Virus record (IMG/VR): IMGVR_UViG_3300028608_000006
Location: 62,001-126,000 of that record
Strand: one strand, 5' to 3'
DNA length: 64,000 bases
A program made the translations under genes and the position numbers. This document shows, piece by piece, positions 18,527 to 28,364 of this stretch (position 1 is the stretch's first letter; each line of letters opens with the position of its first letter). Below the pieces are notes generated by a model, which was given only the letters and a program-made list of their open reading frames with translations, had not been told where the DNA came from and did not search any database.

Positions 18527-19717
18527 GTGTTCGAATCTCTTCTATTTACAGCCGCGTTGGCTGGAGCTGACGACAACTCTGATTTGGCATTTCCAGGAGG
18601 AACGATTTACAGAGGGGTCGTTAAATCTGCTAACTTTATTACGGGCGACGTCCTGGCACAAGCCATCGGTCTGACAGACGGTACCCCTCACAACAACGCA
18701 GCGGGTTGGTTGCATTTCATTGAAGCCGACGGCACCGAGCTTTACATCTCGAAAAAGACCCTGCGGTATGGTCTGACGTATCAGTCGATTGACACGGCAC
18801 AATCCGGTAACAGCAAAGAAGTTACAATTGGTGGCGAAGTTTACATCGTCAGATTTATCAACGGTAATGAGGGCGCCACTAAGTTTGCTTACCAGCGTTA
18901 CATGTTGCCGTTGATTGATCCACCAAAACGGAATTCCTACCCAACAGACCCGGTGGTCCCAACATGGGGTTACTACACACCACTCATGATGGGTAACAAC
19001 GAACCAGACTACACCCAGCCTGGTTCTCAAACCATGTGTGCGGAAGCATATGGAGCGGGCTGGCTGACGCGCGGTTATCCTAATTTTGCATCCGTATGGT
19101 ACCAAGACAACCTCACCCCTCAGCTGTACCATGGCTGGCGCCCCCTGCTTATTAAGAAGTCTAGCCTACCGGTATCGGCCTACAAAGGACTGGTGAACCA
19201 AGCTAACTTTATCACGTTTGCAGCACTGGCTACAACGATGGGGGTTACCGAAGGCACACCGAGCAATGACACAGTGGAGTGGCTGCATTTCGTCGAAGAG
19301 GGTAAAGAAGTTTATATCCCCCGCATGGGTATTCGTCACACCATCAGTTGGGAACAATTGAATGCTAGAAACTTGATCACGGGTAACCGAACCATTGACA
19401 TTGGCGGACAAACGTTCAAGGTTCGCCTCATGACAGGGTGTGAACAAGACCCAGGTATCGCTGGCGGTGGTTTAGCGGCGCGGGAATGGAAGAAGTACAT
19501 CGTTGGTCTGACTGATGGGACGTACGACTCTCAAACAGCAGCTTGGGCGGGCGTGGGTAACGACGGAATCAATATTAGTATTTTGCAGGAAGCGTCTGCT
19601 AACGAAACGGGTGCCCACTCGGGCGCGGGTTATCCTGGTATCGCTGACATTTGGTATATCTCCGCCGATCAACTACACCCGTTCTTCAACTGGCGTCCAT
19701 TGCTGGAAAAGGTATGA
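18527..19717 (+). CDS. Virion structural protein with two tandem gp131-like family domains
   Basis: Y(R/K)G(V/L)V...NFIT...GT(P)...WLHF(I/V)E occurs twice, each ending WRPLL. Confidence 0.75.
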   Translation: MFESLLFTAALAGADDNSDLAFPGGTIYRGVVKSANFITGDVLAQAIGLTDGTPHNNAAGWLHFIEADGTELYISKKTLRYGLTYQSIDTAQSGNSKEVTIGGEVYIVRFINGNEGATKFAYQRYMLPLIDPPKRNSYPTDPVVPTWGYYTPLMMGNNEPDYTQPGSQTMCAEAYGAGWLTRGYPNFASVWYQDNLTPQLYHGWRPLLIKKSSLPVSAYKGLVNQANFITFAALATTMGVTEGTPSNDTVEWLHFVEEGKEVYIPRMGIRHTISWEQLNARNLITGNRTIDIGGQTFKVRLMTGCEQDPGIAGGGLAAREWKKYIVGLTDGTYDSQTAAWAGVGNDGINISILQEASANETGAHSGAGYPGIADIWYISADQLHPFFNWRPLLEKV

Positions 19718-19779
19718 GTTAATAACGATACCCTCCCCTCTAGGGAGGTTTCTACATCGCTTTCTCCATGGGGAATACC

Positions 19780-21984
19780 ATGATTGAACAATTAGTCTCG
19801 ACAGGGAGTCAGGTAGAAATACCATTCGTTCCACCTGCTGTAGAGCCAGGCAACCCGTTTCAAGGATTCGTCAGCTCTGACGATCTGATCGACGGCGCTG
19901 CACTGGCTTCTTTACTTGCGCTGACCTCGGGCACTCCGTTCAACAACAAAGCAGGTTGGCTGAAATACATCGATGCGGGCAAAACGTTCTACATCGCACG
20001 TAAGCCACTTCGTTACGGAACTACAGTTGCTGCTTATAAAGCGGCTGCGTTGTTGGCTGGTAAGAACGTTACCATTCGTGGCGACATCTACAAGGTCCGC
20101 TTGATGTCTGGTATGGCCGCGGATCCGTTCAACTCCATTATCGGTATTGCCGGCGGCGGAGAGTGGAACCAGTACTTGTACCCGATCTTTGCAGCGGCTA
20201 ACCGTCCTACAGCGGCTGTGTGGTCGTATTACACGGCGGCTGATCTAGGACTCGCGCTCAACGATAGTCTCTATGGACAAAAGGGTTGGGTCACGGTCAC
20301 CAAAGATCAGCACAACACCATCACTACCGCTTTGGCTGCTCGCGGCTGGGACTACTCTGGTGGGACGAGTGTTAACCCTATCGACCGACGCACCGTTATC
20401 AACGATGCTAACGTGAACGAAGGTAACGGTACAGCTAGTCTGGACGTCTATGGTTTCCGACCTTTGTTGGAATTCATTGGCGTGGCTCCTCCTGAAGACC
20501 TGTACTACGGTGAAATTGCCGACGCGGACTTCATCACTCCGAGCGCGCTTGCTGCTGTGGTGAACTTAGCGTCTGGGGGTACTGTAACCAACGCCACGTC
20601 CAATTGGTTGAAGTATCGTTATAAAGGCAAGACCACGTACCTCGCGAAGAAGCCCCTGAGACACGGAATGACTTGGGAGCAAATGGATGCGGTAGGCGTC
20701 GTTAAGGGGAATATCCCCTATCTGTTCGGTGGTAAACGCTACGCGTTGACTCTTCCAACAGGTTCTGATACCGACCCAACTCCTAGCTACGGGTCTATTG
20801 CAACGGCTGGGTCTTTCAACGACCTGATTTACCCTGTGTACAACGGCGCGGCTGGTGGTCAGGCTGAGGTTATTGCCTATCCTCGTTGGGCTGCGTTTAC
20901 GGACGCCGACTTGGGCTTCGCAACAAATAAAGCCGCAGCTTCCGGAGGACTTGGTACGCTGACCTGGTGTAAAGAGGTTATCACCGGTGGGGCTAACCAC
21001 TTACTGCGTGGTTACAACGATGCTGACAACGTCGGTAACCGACAGATACTGGCGGGTTGGTACGTCGCTAACGGTGGTACTCAGCAGTACGCAGGGTGGC
21101 GTCCGCAGATCGAAGAGTTGACCGATCTGTCGAACGCTTGGTCAAGGGTGGCTAACCTTCCTGCCACACGGATGAACATTGGTTCAGCTTCGGTTGGCGG
21201 AAAGATTTATACCTTCGGTGGTGATGCGAACGATGGCAGTAACCCCACGGGAGCCTTGAGTGTCTACGACCCTGCGTTGGGAACATGGACCGCTAAAGCG
21301 GTGGGCCCTGCTATCCGTACTTGGCACTGCATGTGCGAAGGGACTGACGGTAAGGTCTACGTGCACGGTGGCTATAACTCCAGTGGCGTCTTTAGTGACC
21401 TGTGGGCTTATGACCCAGTAGCTAACACTTGGGCGCAAAAGGCTAGTGCCATCGACCGGTACGACGGTGTTATGACGTCTTACGGTGGCAAGTTGTACGT
21501 TGTTGGTGGTTATACCAACACCTACGCGAATGACCTGCGTTGCTACGACATCGCTACCAACACATGGAGTGTTAAAGCGAGCTTTGTAGGTGGTCGTCGT
21601 CACATGACGTTAAATGCTGTAGACGGGAAGCTGTACATGTCGGGCGGCAACGTGGGTGGTACCGAATTCTGGTCTTACGATATCGGTACTGATGTCTGGA
21701 CAAAGATGGCCGACCACCCAATGGGGAACATCGTTCAACACAGGTCCACGGTAGTGGGTGGGAAGATCTACTTCTTCGGCGGTAACGCCGGCGGGACGAT
21801 TGTCAAGAAGCTGTGGGTCTACGATCCTGTTGGTAACACGTGGACTCAACTGGCGGATATACTGACCACTAATGGCAGGACTACGCCGTTCATGACAGCC
21901 CCAGGCGACGGCCGCATTTACGTAGGCGGCGGTTATTATCCTGGCGTTGGTGTGTTGTCTGACGTCTGGACGTACAAACCATAA
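19780..21984 (+). CDS. Tail-tip/receptor-binding-like protein: two gp131-like domains plus a C-terminal six-bladed Kelch propeller
   Basis: Domains end FRPLLEF and WRPQIEE; six Kelch repeats follow (KIYTFGG, KVYVHGG, KLYVVGG, KLYMSGG, KIYFFGG, RIYVGGG, each followed by Y/W-D-x-W). Confidence 0.8.
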   Translation: MIEQLVSTGSQVEIPFVPPAVEPGNPFQGFVSSDDLIDGAALASLLALTSGTPFNNKAGWLKYIDAGKTFYIARKPLRYGTTVAAYKAAALLAGKNVTIRGDIYKVRLMSGMAADPFNSIIGIAGGGEWNQYLYPIFAAANRPTAAVWSYYTAADLGLALNDSLYGQKGWVTVTKDQHNTITTALAARGWDYSGGTSVNPIDRRTVINDANVNEGNGTASLDVYGFRPLLEFIGVAPPEDLYYGEIADADFITPSALAAVVNLASGGTVTNATSNWLKYRYKGKTTYLAKKPLRHGMTWEQMDAVGVVKGNIPYLFGGKRYALTLPTGSDTDPTPSYGSIATAGSFNDLIYPVYNGAAGGQAEVIAYPRWAAFTDADLGFATNKAAASGGLGTLTWCKEVITGGANHLLRGYNDADNVGNRQILAGWYVANGGTQQYAGWRPQIEELTDLSNAWSRVANLPATRMNIGSASVGGKIYTFGGDANDGSNPTGALSVYDPALGTWTAKAVGPAIRTWHCMCEGTDGKVYVHGGYNSSGVFSDLWAYDPVANTWAQKASAIDRYDGVMTSYGGKLYVVGGYTNTYANDLRCYDIATNTWSVKASFVGGRRHMTLNAVDGKLYMSGGNVGGTEFWSYDIGTDVWTKMADHPMGNIVQHRSTVVGGKIYFFGGNAGGTIVKKLWVYDPVGNTWTQLADILTTNGRTTPFMTAPGDGRIYVGGGYYPGVGVLSDVWTYKP

Positions 21985-22005
21985 AGCAAAAAAAAGAGAA
22001 GGAAC

Positions 22006-22041
22006 TATAACCCTCCTACCCTTGCGGGTAGGAGGGTTATA
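22006..22041. terminator. 16-bp perfect hairpin at a convergent junction
   Basis: TATAACCCTCCTACCC-ttgc-GGGTAGGAGGGTTATA. Confidence 0.85.
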
Positions 22042-22050
22042 ACTGCTTGG

Positions 22051-22275
22051 TTACAATTCGAGTTCCGCTTCCATGGCTTCGAGTACAGTGTCGAAGTCAC
22101 CGGAGTGTTCCTCGGCTACCAGACCGCCCATGCCCAAACCGGTGATGTCGTCCAGAGAACCATGCCATTGCTCATCGGTAGGATCGAAGAACAAAGAGAT
22201 GGGTGTACTGTGATCAGCGCAATGACGCACCAGCTTTTCCAAACGTTCTTCAAGCGAAACTTTTACATGAGGCAT
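22051..22275 (-). CDS. Small acidic hypothetical protein
   Basis: 74-aa ORF. Confidence 0.7.
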   Translation of the reverse strand: MPHVKVSLEERLEKLVRHCADHSTPISLFFDPTDEQWHGSLDDITGLGMGGLVAEEHSGDFDTVLEAMEAELEL

Positions 22276-22290
22276 AAGAGCTACCCATTG

Positions 22291-22668
22291 TTAGAATTTA
22301 GATTTAGCGTTCAGCGTGTTATTGATTTCAACCCCAAGATCTTTCAAAGAACGCTGCCCAATAACAACTTGCCCACGATGCCAACCCTTCAGCGTTTGAA
22401 AGGAATCCTTACACACCACCTTTACTTCGGTTTGTGCGATTCGGGACAACATCTCACATAGAGTATTAAGGTCGGCTTTGTCGTAAGCATGGAAGTAATG
22501 AACACGGGAGGTTGTCCGTACAACATGGATCGTCAAATAATCATCAAGGTCAGCAGGCGCTTTGTTCTCGAGCAACTTGATCCCGTACTGAGGGAAGAAG
22601 TCAGGGCGTCCGATAATCCTTAAGCCATCTAACGATCCCAGAGCAGGTTTCGGGATCAGCTTGCTCAT
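22291..22668 (-). CDS. Hypothetical protein
   Basis: GAGGT RBS before ATG 22668. Confidence 0.7.
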   Translation of the reverse strand: MSKLIPKPALGSLDGLRIIGRPDFFPQYGIKLLENKAPADLDDYLTIHVVRTTSRVHYFHAYDKADLNTLCEMLSRIAQTEVKVVCKDSFQTLKGWHRGQVVIGQRSLKDLGVEINNTLNAKSKF

Positions 22669-22670
22669 AA

Positions 22671-23165
22671 CTACCTCGGTGTTTTCGTAGCAAGGTACTG
22701 CCACGGTCCATTGGTCCAGAAGGTGTAGTCTTGTGGAAGGTCGATCAGAATCAAATCTAACGAAACATCCAACACCGTATTACCATGCTGATACTTGACC
22801 GTTACCTTCTGTTTATTGCTACGCGCTCTACCGAGCAGTGTCACCTTATAATAAACGGGCGCACCTTGGTTCTTCGAAGAAGGATGTTGCTGCCAGACTT
22901 CTTTACCAGCGTACCCCTCCAACAGCTTACGGATACGCGCACGCTCTTCGTTACGAGCACGAAGTTCGATCTTCAGTTCAGCTTGCCTCTCCAAGTGGAG
23001 GTTAGTGTTGAACTTCCTGGCATGCCACTGGATTTTTTGAACAGGCGTGAGTTCTTCATGCTCGTAGGAATAACTTTTCTCAGCGCCAACCTTTGCCCAA
23101 CCCAAAAGATCACTGTACATCTCACGACTGAGAACGATCTGATGGGGATCATTATTTACTTTCAT
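22671..23165 (-). CDS. Hypothetical protein
   Basis: GGAGGT RBS before ATG 23165. Confidence 0.75.
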   Translation of the reverse strand: MKVNNDPHQIVLSREMYSDLLGWAKVGAEKSYSYEHEELTPVQKIQWHARKFNTNLHLERQAELKIELRARNEERARIRKLLEGYAGKEVWQQHPSSKNQGAPVYYKVTLLGRARSNKQKVTVKYQHGNTVLDVSLDLILIDLPQDYTFWTNGPWQYLATKTPR

Positions 23166-23544
23166 GATCACCTCCGACAACTTGGACCGCAGGCGCACGG
23201 TTAAATGCGAAGTCCTGAAGAGGGATGCCTAACAGGAACTGACGCAGGGCGGTCTTGGTCAGACGGAAGTCACGAGCGCCATCTTCGAACTCCGCCACGG
23301 GCTTAACGCGCAGGGTGTGAGTAAACGCATCGGCCACAATCTCGATCTCGGCGATGGGGTTACCTTTCTTGCCTTCGATCTTGATCACGGTACGCCCATC
23401 GATGTTGTAGTGGTTGTACGTGAGGACAAAACTGGAAACAACATACTTCTCTTTGGACGGATGTACAGCTTTAATAGCCTGAGCTAGAGCAGCGCACTTC
23501 TCGAACTCGGACAGTTTGTCTTTGCCGTACGCAACTTCTTTCAT
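23152..23544 (-). CDS. Hypothetical protein
   Basis: 130 aa, overlaps its neighbours in operon style. Confidence 0.75.
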   Translation of the reverse strand: MKEVAYGKDKLSEFEKCAALAQAIKAVHPSKEKYVVSSFVLTYNHYNIDGRTVIKIEGKKGNPIAEIEIVADAFTHTLRVKPVAEFEDGARDFRLTKTALRQFLLGIPLQDFAFNRAPAVQVVGGDHESK

Positions 23545-24077
23545 GATTGCAACTCCACCGAAGAATGGTCATCACCGAGATCCAAGCCAGCCTGTTCTTC
23601 CAGCTCTTTGATACGAGCCTGAAGTTCAAGGACCTGAGCTTGGAGCGCCTTCTCGTTACCCAGAGACGCTTCCAGATGACGGGACAGCCAGCGGATACGT
23701 TCTTTACCAGCAGTCAGGTAAACGATGGACGAAGGCTTACCCGACATGATTGCCCGGTGTTTATCGTCGGAACTCATGTCCCCGTAGAGGAACACCTCGT
23801 TCGCCAACTCGTCATCGGTGTGATCACCCAGACACAGATCACCACGTTCTTTGTTGATCAGGTTAGGGAACGTATCTTCCCGACCTTCCAAGAACCAACG
23901 CGACGAAGGAGTAGGGCCTGCCAACAAGACAGGTACACCCAGTTCAGCCAAGACATTTGCCCGAGTACTGGATTTAGTGATTTCGAGAACTTGCTCGAAG
24001 CTCAACTCTGGCATACGGAACTCTTCACCACGAATACGAAGAGTACGGCCTTTAACTGGATTAGGACGGTCACCCAT
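23541..24077 (-). CDS. Hypothetical protein with a C-terminal coiled coil
   Basis: 178 aa; TDDELANEVF...KERIRWLSRHLE segment. Confidence 0.75.
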   Translation of the reverse strand: MGDRPNPVKGRTLRIRGEEFRMPELSFEQVLEITKSSTRANVLAELGVPVLLAGPTPSSRWFLEGREDTFPNLINKERGDLCLGDHTDDELANEVFLYGDMSSDDKHRAIMSGKPSSIVYLTAGKERIRWLSRHLEASLGNEKALQAQVLELQARIKELEEQAGLDLGDDHSSVELQS

Positions 24078-24109
24078 GAAATAATTCCTTGTGCAAAAAT
24101 AGAGGTAAG

Positions 24110-24137
24110 CCCCTGTCCCCGGTTAGGAAGACAGGGG
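24110..24137 (-). terminator. 8-bp hairpin
   Basis: CCCCTGTC...GACAGGGG. Confidence 0.6.
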
Positions 24138-24143
24138 TAGTAA

Positions 24144-24950
24144 TCAAGCTGGTTGTAGCACTGACTCGAGACGTTGCGCCAGTTGTTGCTTCTCGCGTGC
24201 GTTCATGTGTTCCACGCTGCGAGGGGTCGAACGGCGATCACGCTTTTCTTGCTTTTCGAGTACCCGCAATGTACGGTTGATTTGCGACTTTGGATACTCG
24301 TTCAGATCGTAGGCGTAAACGTAGCCGTCAACGCTGATCATGTTCTTGCTGGCGTCTTCAGGATCGATGTAGATCTTGCACGGCAGGTCCAGCTTATCGG
24401 CGGAACGAATGGTCGTCCGCAGGATAGTCAGTTCCGAGTGCACGGCGCTCATGATCTTCGGGAAGAAGTCAGCAATGATAGCTGCGGTCTTCTCGTAGAT
24501 ACGAGGGCCTTTGATCAGGTTGTTGGTCAGCAGTTCGAAGACTGCCTCTTCGATGGTGATCGAAGAACGCGGGACGTAGAAAGTGAAAGATACACTGCCC
24601 CGCACAACAACGTAGTGGGTACGCTCAGTACAGCCGATCGTAACCAGACGGAAATCCCCATTGTTACCCTCGATCATGCCATACGAAATGATCGGGTGAT
24701 TCAGTACAACTTTAACCACGCGGTCGCTGTTCTCTTCCGCTGGTGTGCGGAACGAGGGCTTACCGGTCTGCGAGAGCACAACCAGTGTGCGCTCCTCCGT
24801 GGATTGGGCGAACTCTTTGTCAATGCCGAGGTCCGACAACAAAGAGAAAGCTTCGCCATCTCCTGGGTGGTTGGTAGCTTGCAAGACGATCCCAAGCGGA
24901 CTCGGGGTGTATTGGTGGCTGATTGCATTCTTCTTAGCTTGAGACGTCAT
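24144..24950 (-). CDS. Hypothetical protein
   Basis: 268 aa, GGAG RBS. Confidence 0.8.
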   Translation of the reverse strand: MTSQAKKNAISHQYTPSPLGIVLQATNHPGDGEAFSLLSDLGIDKEFAQSTEERTLVVLSQTGKPSFRTPAEENSDRVVKVVLNHPIISYGMIEGNNGDFRLVTIGCTERTHYVVVRGSVSFTFYVPRSSITIEEAVFELLTNNLIKGPRIYEKTAAIIADFFPKIMSAVHSELTILRTTIRSADKLDLPCKIYIDPEDASKNMISVDGYVYAYDLNEYPKSQINRTLRVLEKQEKRDRRSTPRSVEHMNAREKQQLAQRLESVLQPA

Positions 24951-24989
24951 CGTTAAAACTCCATGATTAACAACAAATATAAGCGACGC

Positions 24990-25511
24990 TTACACCCACT
25001 TAATAGTGACGTCGCTCGGGCCAACACTTTCTTCTGGGTTCTTTACATCGTTAAATGGATGTGTCATCCTGGTACTGGACTTGTTAGTGTTCAGCACTTC
25101 GATTTCCCCGACACGAGCCATATGAACTCTGTCCAAAATACGGTGTTCCTGTGTAATATGAGCATCCCAGACTAATTTGTCTGTAGTGAGTGTCACAGGT
25201 TTTACAACGCGTTCCTGTCCTTCGAATACAGGTTGGTACACAAAGAAGTTCATGTGAGGGAATTTATCCTTCTCAAAGAACCTCGCGACATTAGGAAACA
25301 CCCCAATGAAGCATGCCTCAACCGTAGGAGATACTGAGATCGCCTTCATAGGAGGTTCTGGATACGCCCAGGAGGAGTCTTCTGCTTCCCCCGGAGTATC
25401 TGAGCCCGCCTGTGTCCCCGGCGTCCAGATCCCCTCTAGATCTCCGTTAAAGCTGATATGGTACAAGGAGAGACCTAGCAACAAGCGGCTACGAACAAAC
25501 CGAACGTTCAT
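24990..25511 (-). CDS. Hypothetical protein, possible ADP-ribosyltransferase-like fold
   Basis: LYHISF...AISVSPTVEACF pattern; the fold call is speculative. Confidence 0.4.
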   Translation of the reverse strand: MNVRFVRSRLLLGLSLYHISFNGDLEGIWTPGTQAGSDTPGEAEDSSWAYPEPPMKAISVSPTVEACFIGVFPNVARFFEKDKFPHMNFFVYQPVFEGQERVVKPVTLTTDKLVWDAHITQEHRILDRVHMARVGEIEVLNTNKSSTRMTHPFNDVKNPEESVGPSDVTIKWV

Positions 25512-25756
25512 AGTTGTTGCACGAACTGGTGGTTAGCGATAGTAAGCAGACCTACGCAACGAGCGTTATCCAACCCACCTCCACCGGCCACCAACGTGTG
25601 TACTTTGCTGTTGTGCTCAACAACCAACAACAGGGTCTTGATGTTACCCCATTCGTTGTTCTCGATACCGTCAGCCATCAACCGCAAGAACTTAACTGCG
25701 TCCTCGTTGGAGTTGATCTGACCGTTGTTGGGCAGTTCGTGGATCTTAGCTACCAT
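25508..25756 (-). CDS. Hypothetical protein
   Basis: 82 aa, coupled to its neighbours. Confidence 0.7.
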   Translation of the reverse strand: MVAKIHELPNNGQINSNEDAVKFLRLMADGIENNEWGNIKTLLLVVEHNSKVHTLVAGGGGLDNARCVGLLTIANHQFVQQL

Positions 25757-26324
25757 GACGGAGGTCCTTGAGCTGCTGGACGATAACAGGACCCGACATC
25801 GCTTCGATCTCCGCCTTCGTCAGTCCGTGATTCAGGCCGCGCTCAGGGAACTTGAACCCCACGCTCTTGTTCGGGTTGGTGAACGCTGAGACGCCCGGTT
25901 CTTGTCCACGACGGAAACCGCCACCAAACGGTTTCACCACGACAACATTCTTCGCCGGCTCTTGACCGGGGAACGACGGTTTTCGGGAAATCGTACCCGA
26001 GCTATGGTGATACCACGGACGGAGGAAATCCACAATCTTCTTGCGCAGACCACGACGATCGACCTGAACACGGTCTTGGTTAAGGATACGTTCAGGTTCG
26101 TTGATACCGAGATAGTCGCCGTGGATTGCATGGTGGTACATATGCTCGACATCGTTATCCATCATGACCTTGCCAGCGAAGTCACCGGCGAAGTAGTAGC
26201 GTGGTCGGGTGATCATTGCCTTGCTCCCATCGCGGGATTCAAAGCCGAGATTGACACCTGGAATAACAAATCCGCCAACCACCAATTGGTTAAAGCGGAT
26301 GCCCAGACCGGTTGCGCCTTTCAT
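25746..26324 (-). CDS. Hypothetical protein
   Basis: GGAG RBS before ATG 26324. Confidence 0.75.
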   Translation of the reverse strand: MKGATGLGIRFNQLVVGGFVIPGVNLGFESRDGSKAMITRPRYYFAGDFAGKVMMDNDVEHMYHHAIHGDYLGINEPERILNQDRVQVDRRGLRKKIVDFLRPWYHHSSGTISRKPSFPGQEPAKNVVVVKPFGGGFRRGQEPGVSAFTNPNKSVGFKFPERGLNHGLTKAEIEAMSGPVIVQQLKDLRHGS

Positions 26325-26535
26325 AATAGTTCTCCAAAGCCTTGTCAATATGTTCCCGAGAGGGATGAGTCATTTCACGATGCTTCCTGCTCCGATAATC
26401 GAAGCCACCATTCCACACAACAAAATCTGCAACAATTAACCGACTCTGGATAAAGTACACCGTAGTCGGTTCATGGTTGGCGCTGCGGGAAAGGAGTTGA
26501 CAAATAGCAAGCCCTAACGTGTTTTTAAGTTTCAT
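26290..26535 (-). CDS. Small hypothetical protein
   Basis: Fills the gap in the operon and overlaps both neighbours. Confidence 0.5.
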   Translation of the reverse strand: MKLKNTLGLAICQLLSRSANHEPTTVYFIQSRLIVADFVVWNGGFDYRSRKHREMTHPSREHIDKALENYYERRNRSGHPL

Positions 26536-27025
26536 CGCCCTTACCAAAGTACCTAGCGACCACAACCTTTACATACTCCTTAGGCGGGAGTACCCATTCA
26601 GCAGCCTTCTTGTGAAAGCGTCTGTATTCCTTATCGGCCAGAATCCAGATCACCCGATCAGCCACAACCAAACCACCGTTATCAAAACCCAAGTAGGGTT
26701 CTTTCAGCTTACGGCATTTGCTGAACGTTTCTTTGATAGCGGTCTCTTCGGTGTGCCCTTCCAAGATCTTGTCGAGGTAGTGCCGATACAAACCGATCAT
26801 TTCCAGATGGTCGTAGTCCACCCAGCGGTTACGATAATGACTGATGCTGATGTGGGGCGTTGACCAACTGATATCTTTCATATCAGGTTGGTAGCCGTGA
26901 CGACCCCAATCAACATGACCGATAGTCCCCACGTTTACAACATCACCGTAATTAACCCGACCAGTGTAACGAAGAACACGTTCGTTATTACCGACAGTGA
27001 GGGAGTTCATTCGAATCGACTTCAT
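26525..27025 (-). CDS. Hypothetical protein
   Basis: GGGGAG RBS; ATGA overlap with the upstream gene. Confidence 0.75.
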   Translation of the reverse strand: MKSIRMNSLTVGNNERVLRYTGRVNYGDVVNVGTIGHVDWGRHGYQPDMKDISWSTPHISISHYRNRWVDYDHLEMIGLYRHYLDKILEGHTEETAIKETFSKCRKLKEPYLGFDNGGLVVADRVIWILADKEYRRFHKKAAEWVLPPKEYVKVVVARYFGKGDET

Positions 27026-27471
27026 ACGCTCCCCCAAATATCGTTAAGTAGCGAGAGTACGCCCCGCAACTTCGCCAGGTTCTCGTCCGTTTCAGGGAGA
27101 TCATGAGAAACCATACCGATCTCTTTAGCCGCCGAGAATACTTGTGTTTTGGTGCCGTGCAACAACATAACCTTGAGTTGTTGTTTCTCGGTTGCTTTGT
27201 TGACCCAGACATAGCTGTTGTGAACCGGGGCTAGAGGCTGCTTTCCGTCGCGAGCATCCGCAATGGCCCGCGCGATCCACCGGAAATAACCGGGGTATTT
27301 CCTCGCGAGAGGCATAATGATCTCCTCATATGCCTTCTTGAAACCAGCCGTAGGCGCATTCACGTCTTGGTTGACTGGTTCATTTTCAGTCGCCTTAAGG
27401 AACCGGGCGATTACGTCTTTGGCCTCGTGTTGAAGAACGCGGAGTTGTTCTTCATTTAAAATGTCGTTCAT
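27022..27471 (-). CDS. Hypothetical protein
   Basis: 149 aa, AAGGT RBS. Confidence 0.75.
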   Translation of the reverse strand: MNDILNEEQLRVLQHEAKDVIARFLKATENEPVNQDVNAPTAGFKKAYEEIIMPLARKYPGYFRWIARAIADARDGKQPLAPVHNSYVWVNKATEKQQLKVMLLHGTKTQVFSAAKEIGMVSHDLPETDENLAKLRGVLSLLNDIWGSV

Positions 27472-27480
27472 TTCAATACC

Positions 27481-27726
27481 TTATTTAGCCACGTAATCCG
27501 GCATAGGGAGTCCCAGGAAATGATTGTGGATCGCTTCACGCAACCATTCCTCATGTCCTGGTTCCCCGTGTTTGATTTTCGCAAACAATTCAGGAATCAA
27601 CTTCAACAAATCAATCGCCATTGCACCTGAGTCTGCGTGTGGGGTGTCGTGCGAGATTGCATGACCGACAACCCATTCCAGTTTCTCAATAACCTCGCCA
27701 ATGTGATCCTTCAGTTCTTGCGACAT
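27481..27726 (-). CDS. Small helical hypothetical protein
   Basis: 81 aa, AGGT RBS. Confidence 0.7.
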   Translation of the reverse strand: MSQELKDHIGEVIEKLEWVVGHAISHDTPHADSGAMAIDLLKLIPELFAKIKHGEPGHEEWLREAIHNHFLGLPMPDYVAK

Positions 27727-27756
27727 AACCTATCCTAAATCCAGCGTTGAGTTATA

Positions 27757-28341
27757 CTATCTCAACGCCAGATGGAGAACAGGTTTATACAGGCGGCAAC
27801 CCCCGCCTTTATTACCCGGATAGAGGACGTAATCGATCATGCCCGGTTGAGTATCTTCGGTAACCGACAAGGTAACGTCAACCGACTCACCCTTCCATTT
27901 ACCCACAAGGTGAGCGTGATACTCGCCCCGTTTGTTGTAATCCAGCAGCTCAACAAAGAACGGCCATACCACGCGGTAGAAATGGAAGGCACTAGTACGA
28001 GAATCCAAAACCAAGGCCTCGTACAGGTTCTTCCAAGCCGTCTCAAAATCCCGACTAGGTTTGTCAACGACGTACGTGCTATATCGAAGCAGACCCAGCC
28101 AGTAGTAGCGAGTTTGCCGGCCATCGCTGATCGAAATCAAACGATGACCGTTACACTGAGTGACAGCGTAGAAATTGATCGGGCCCTTCAAACCGTGACG
28201 AGCGCGGATAACACCTTCTTTGAAACACCGGCGGCGGAGTTGGGTACATTGGGTTGGAATGCCGGAATCAAAGCGGATGTTCAGTTGTTGGTTGTTGCGT
28301 GCTTGGAAAACGCCGGTTACCAGATACTCTTTTGAAAGCAT
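27757..28341 (-). CDS. Hypothetical protein
   Basis: GGAGGT RBS before ATG 28341. Confidence 0.75.
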   Translation of the reverse strand: MLSKEYLVTGVFQARNNQQLNIRFDSGIPTQCTQLRRRCFKEGVIRARHGLKGPINFYAVTQCNGHRLISISDGRQTRYYWLGLLRYSTYVVDKPSRDFETAWKNLYEALVLDSRTSAFHFYRVVWPFFVELLDYNKRGEYHAHLVGKWKGESVDVTLSVTEDTQPGMIDYVLYPGNKGGGCRLYKPVLHLALR

Positions 28342-28364
28342 GGCGTTACCTCCTGGGTAGTTAA

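Noticed and set aside
10494-21984. Diversity-generating retroelement or invertible tail-fibre switch
   Set aside because: No reverse transcriptase, recombinase, adenine-specific variable/template repeat pair or flanking inverted repeats were seen.
26525-27025. DUF4326-like assignment
   Set aside because: Only a loose YRHYL...L similarity; the GNP and CxC motifs are absent.
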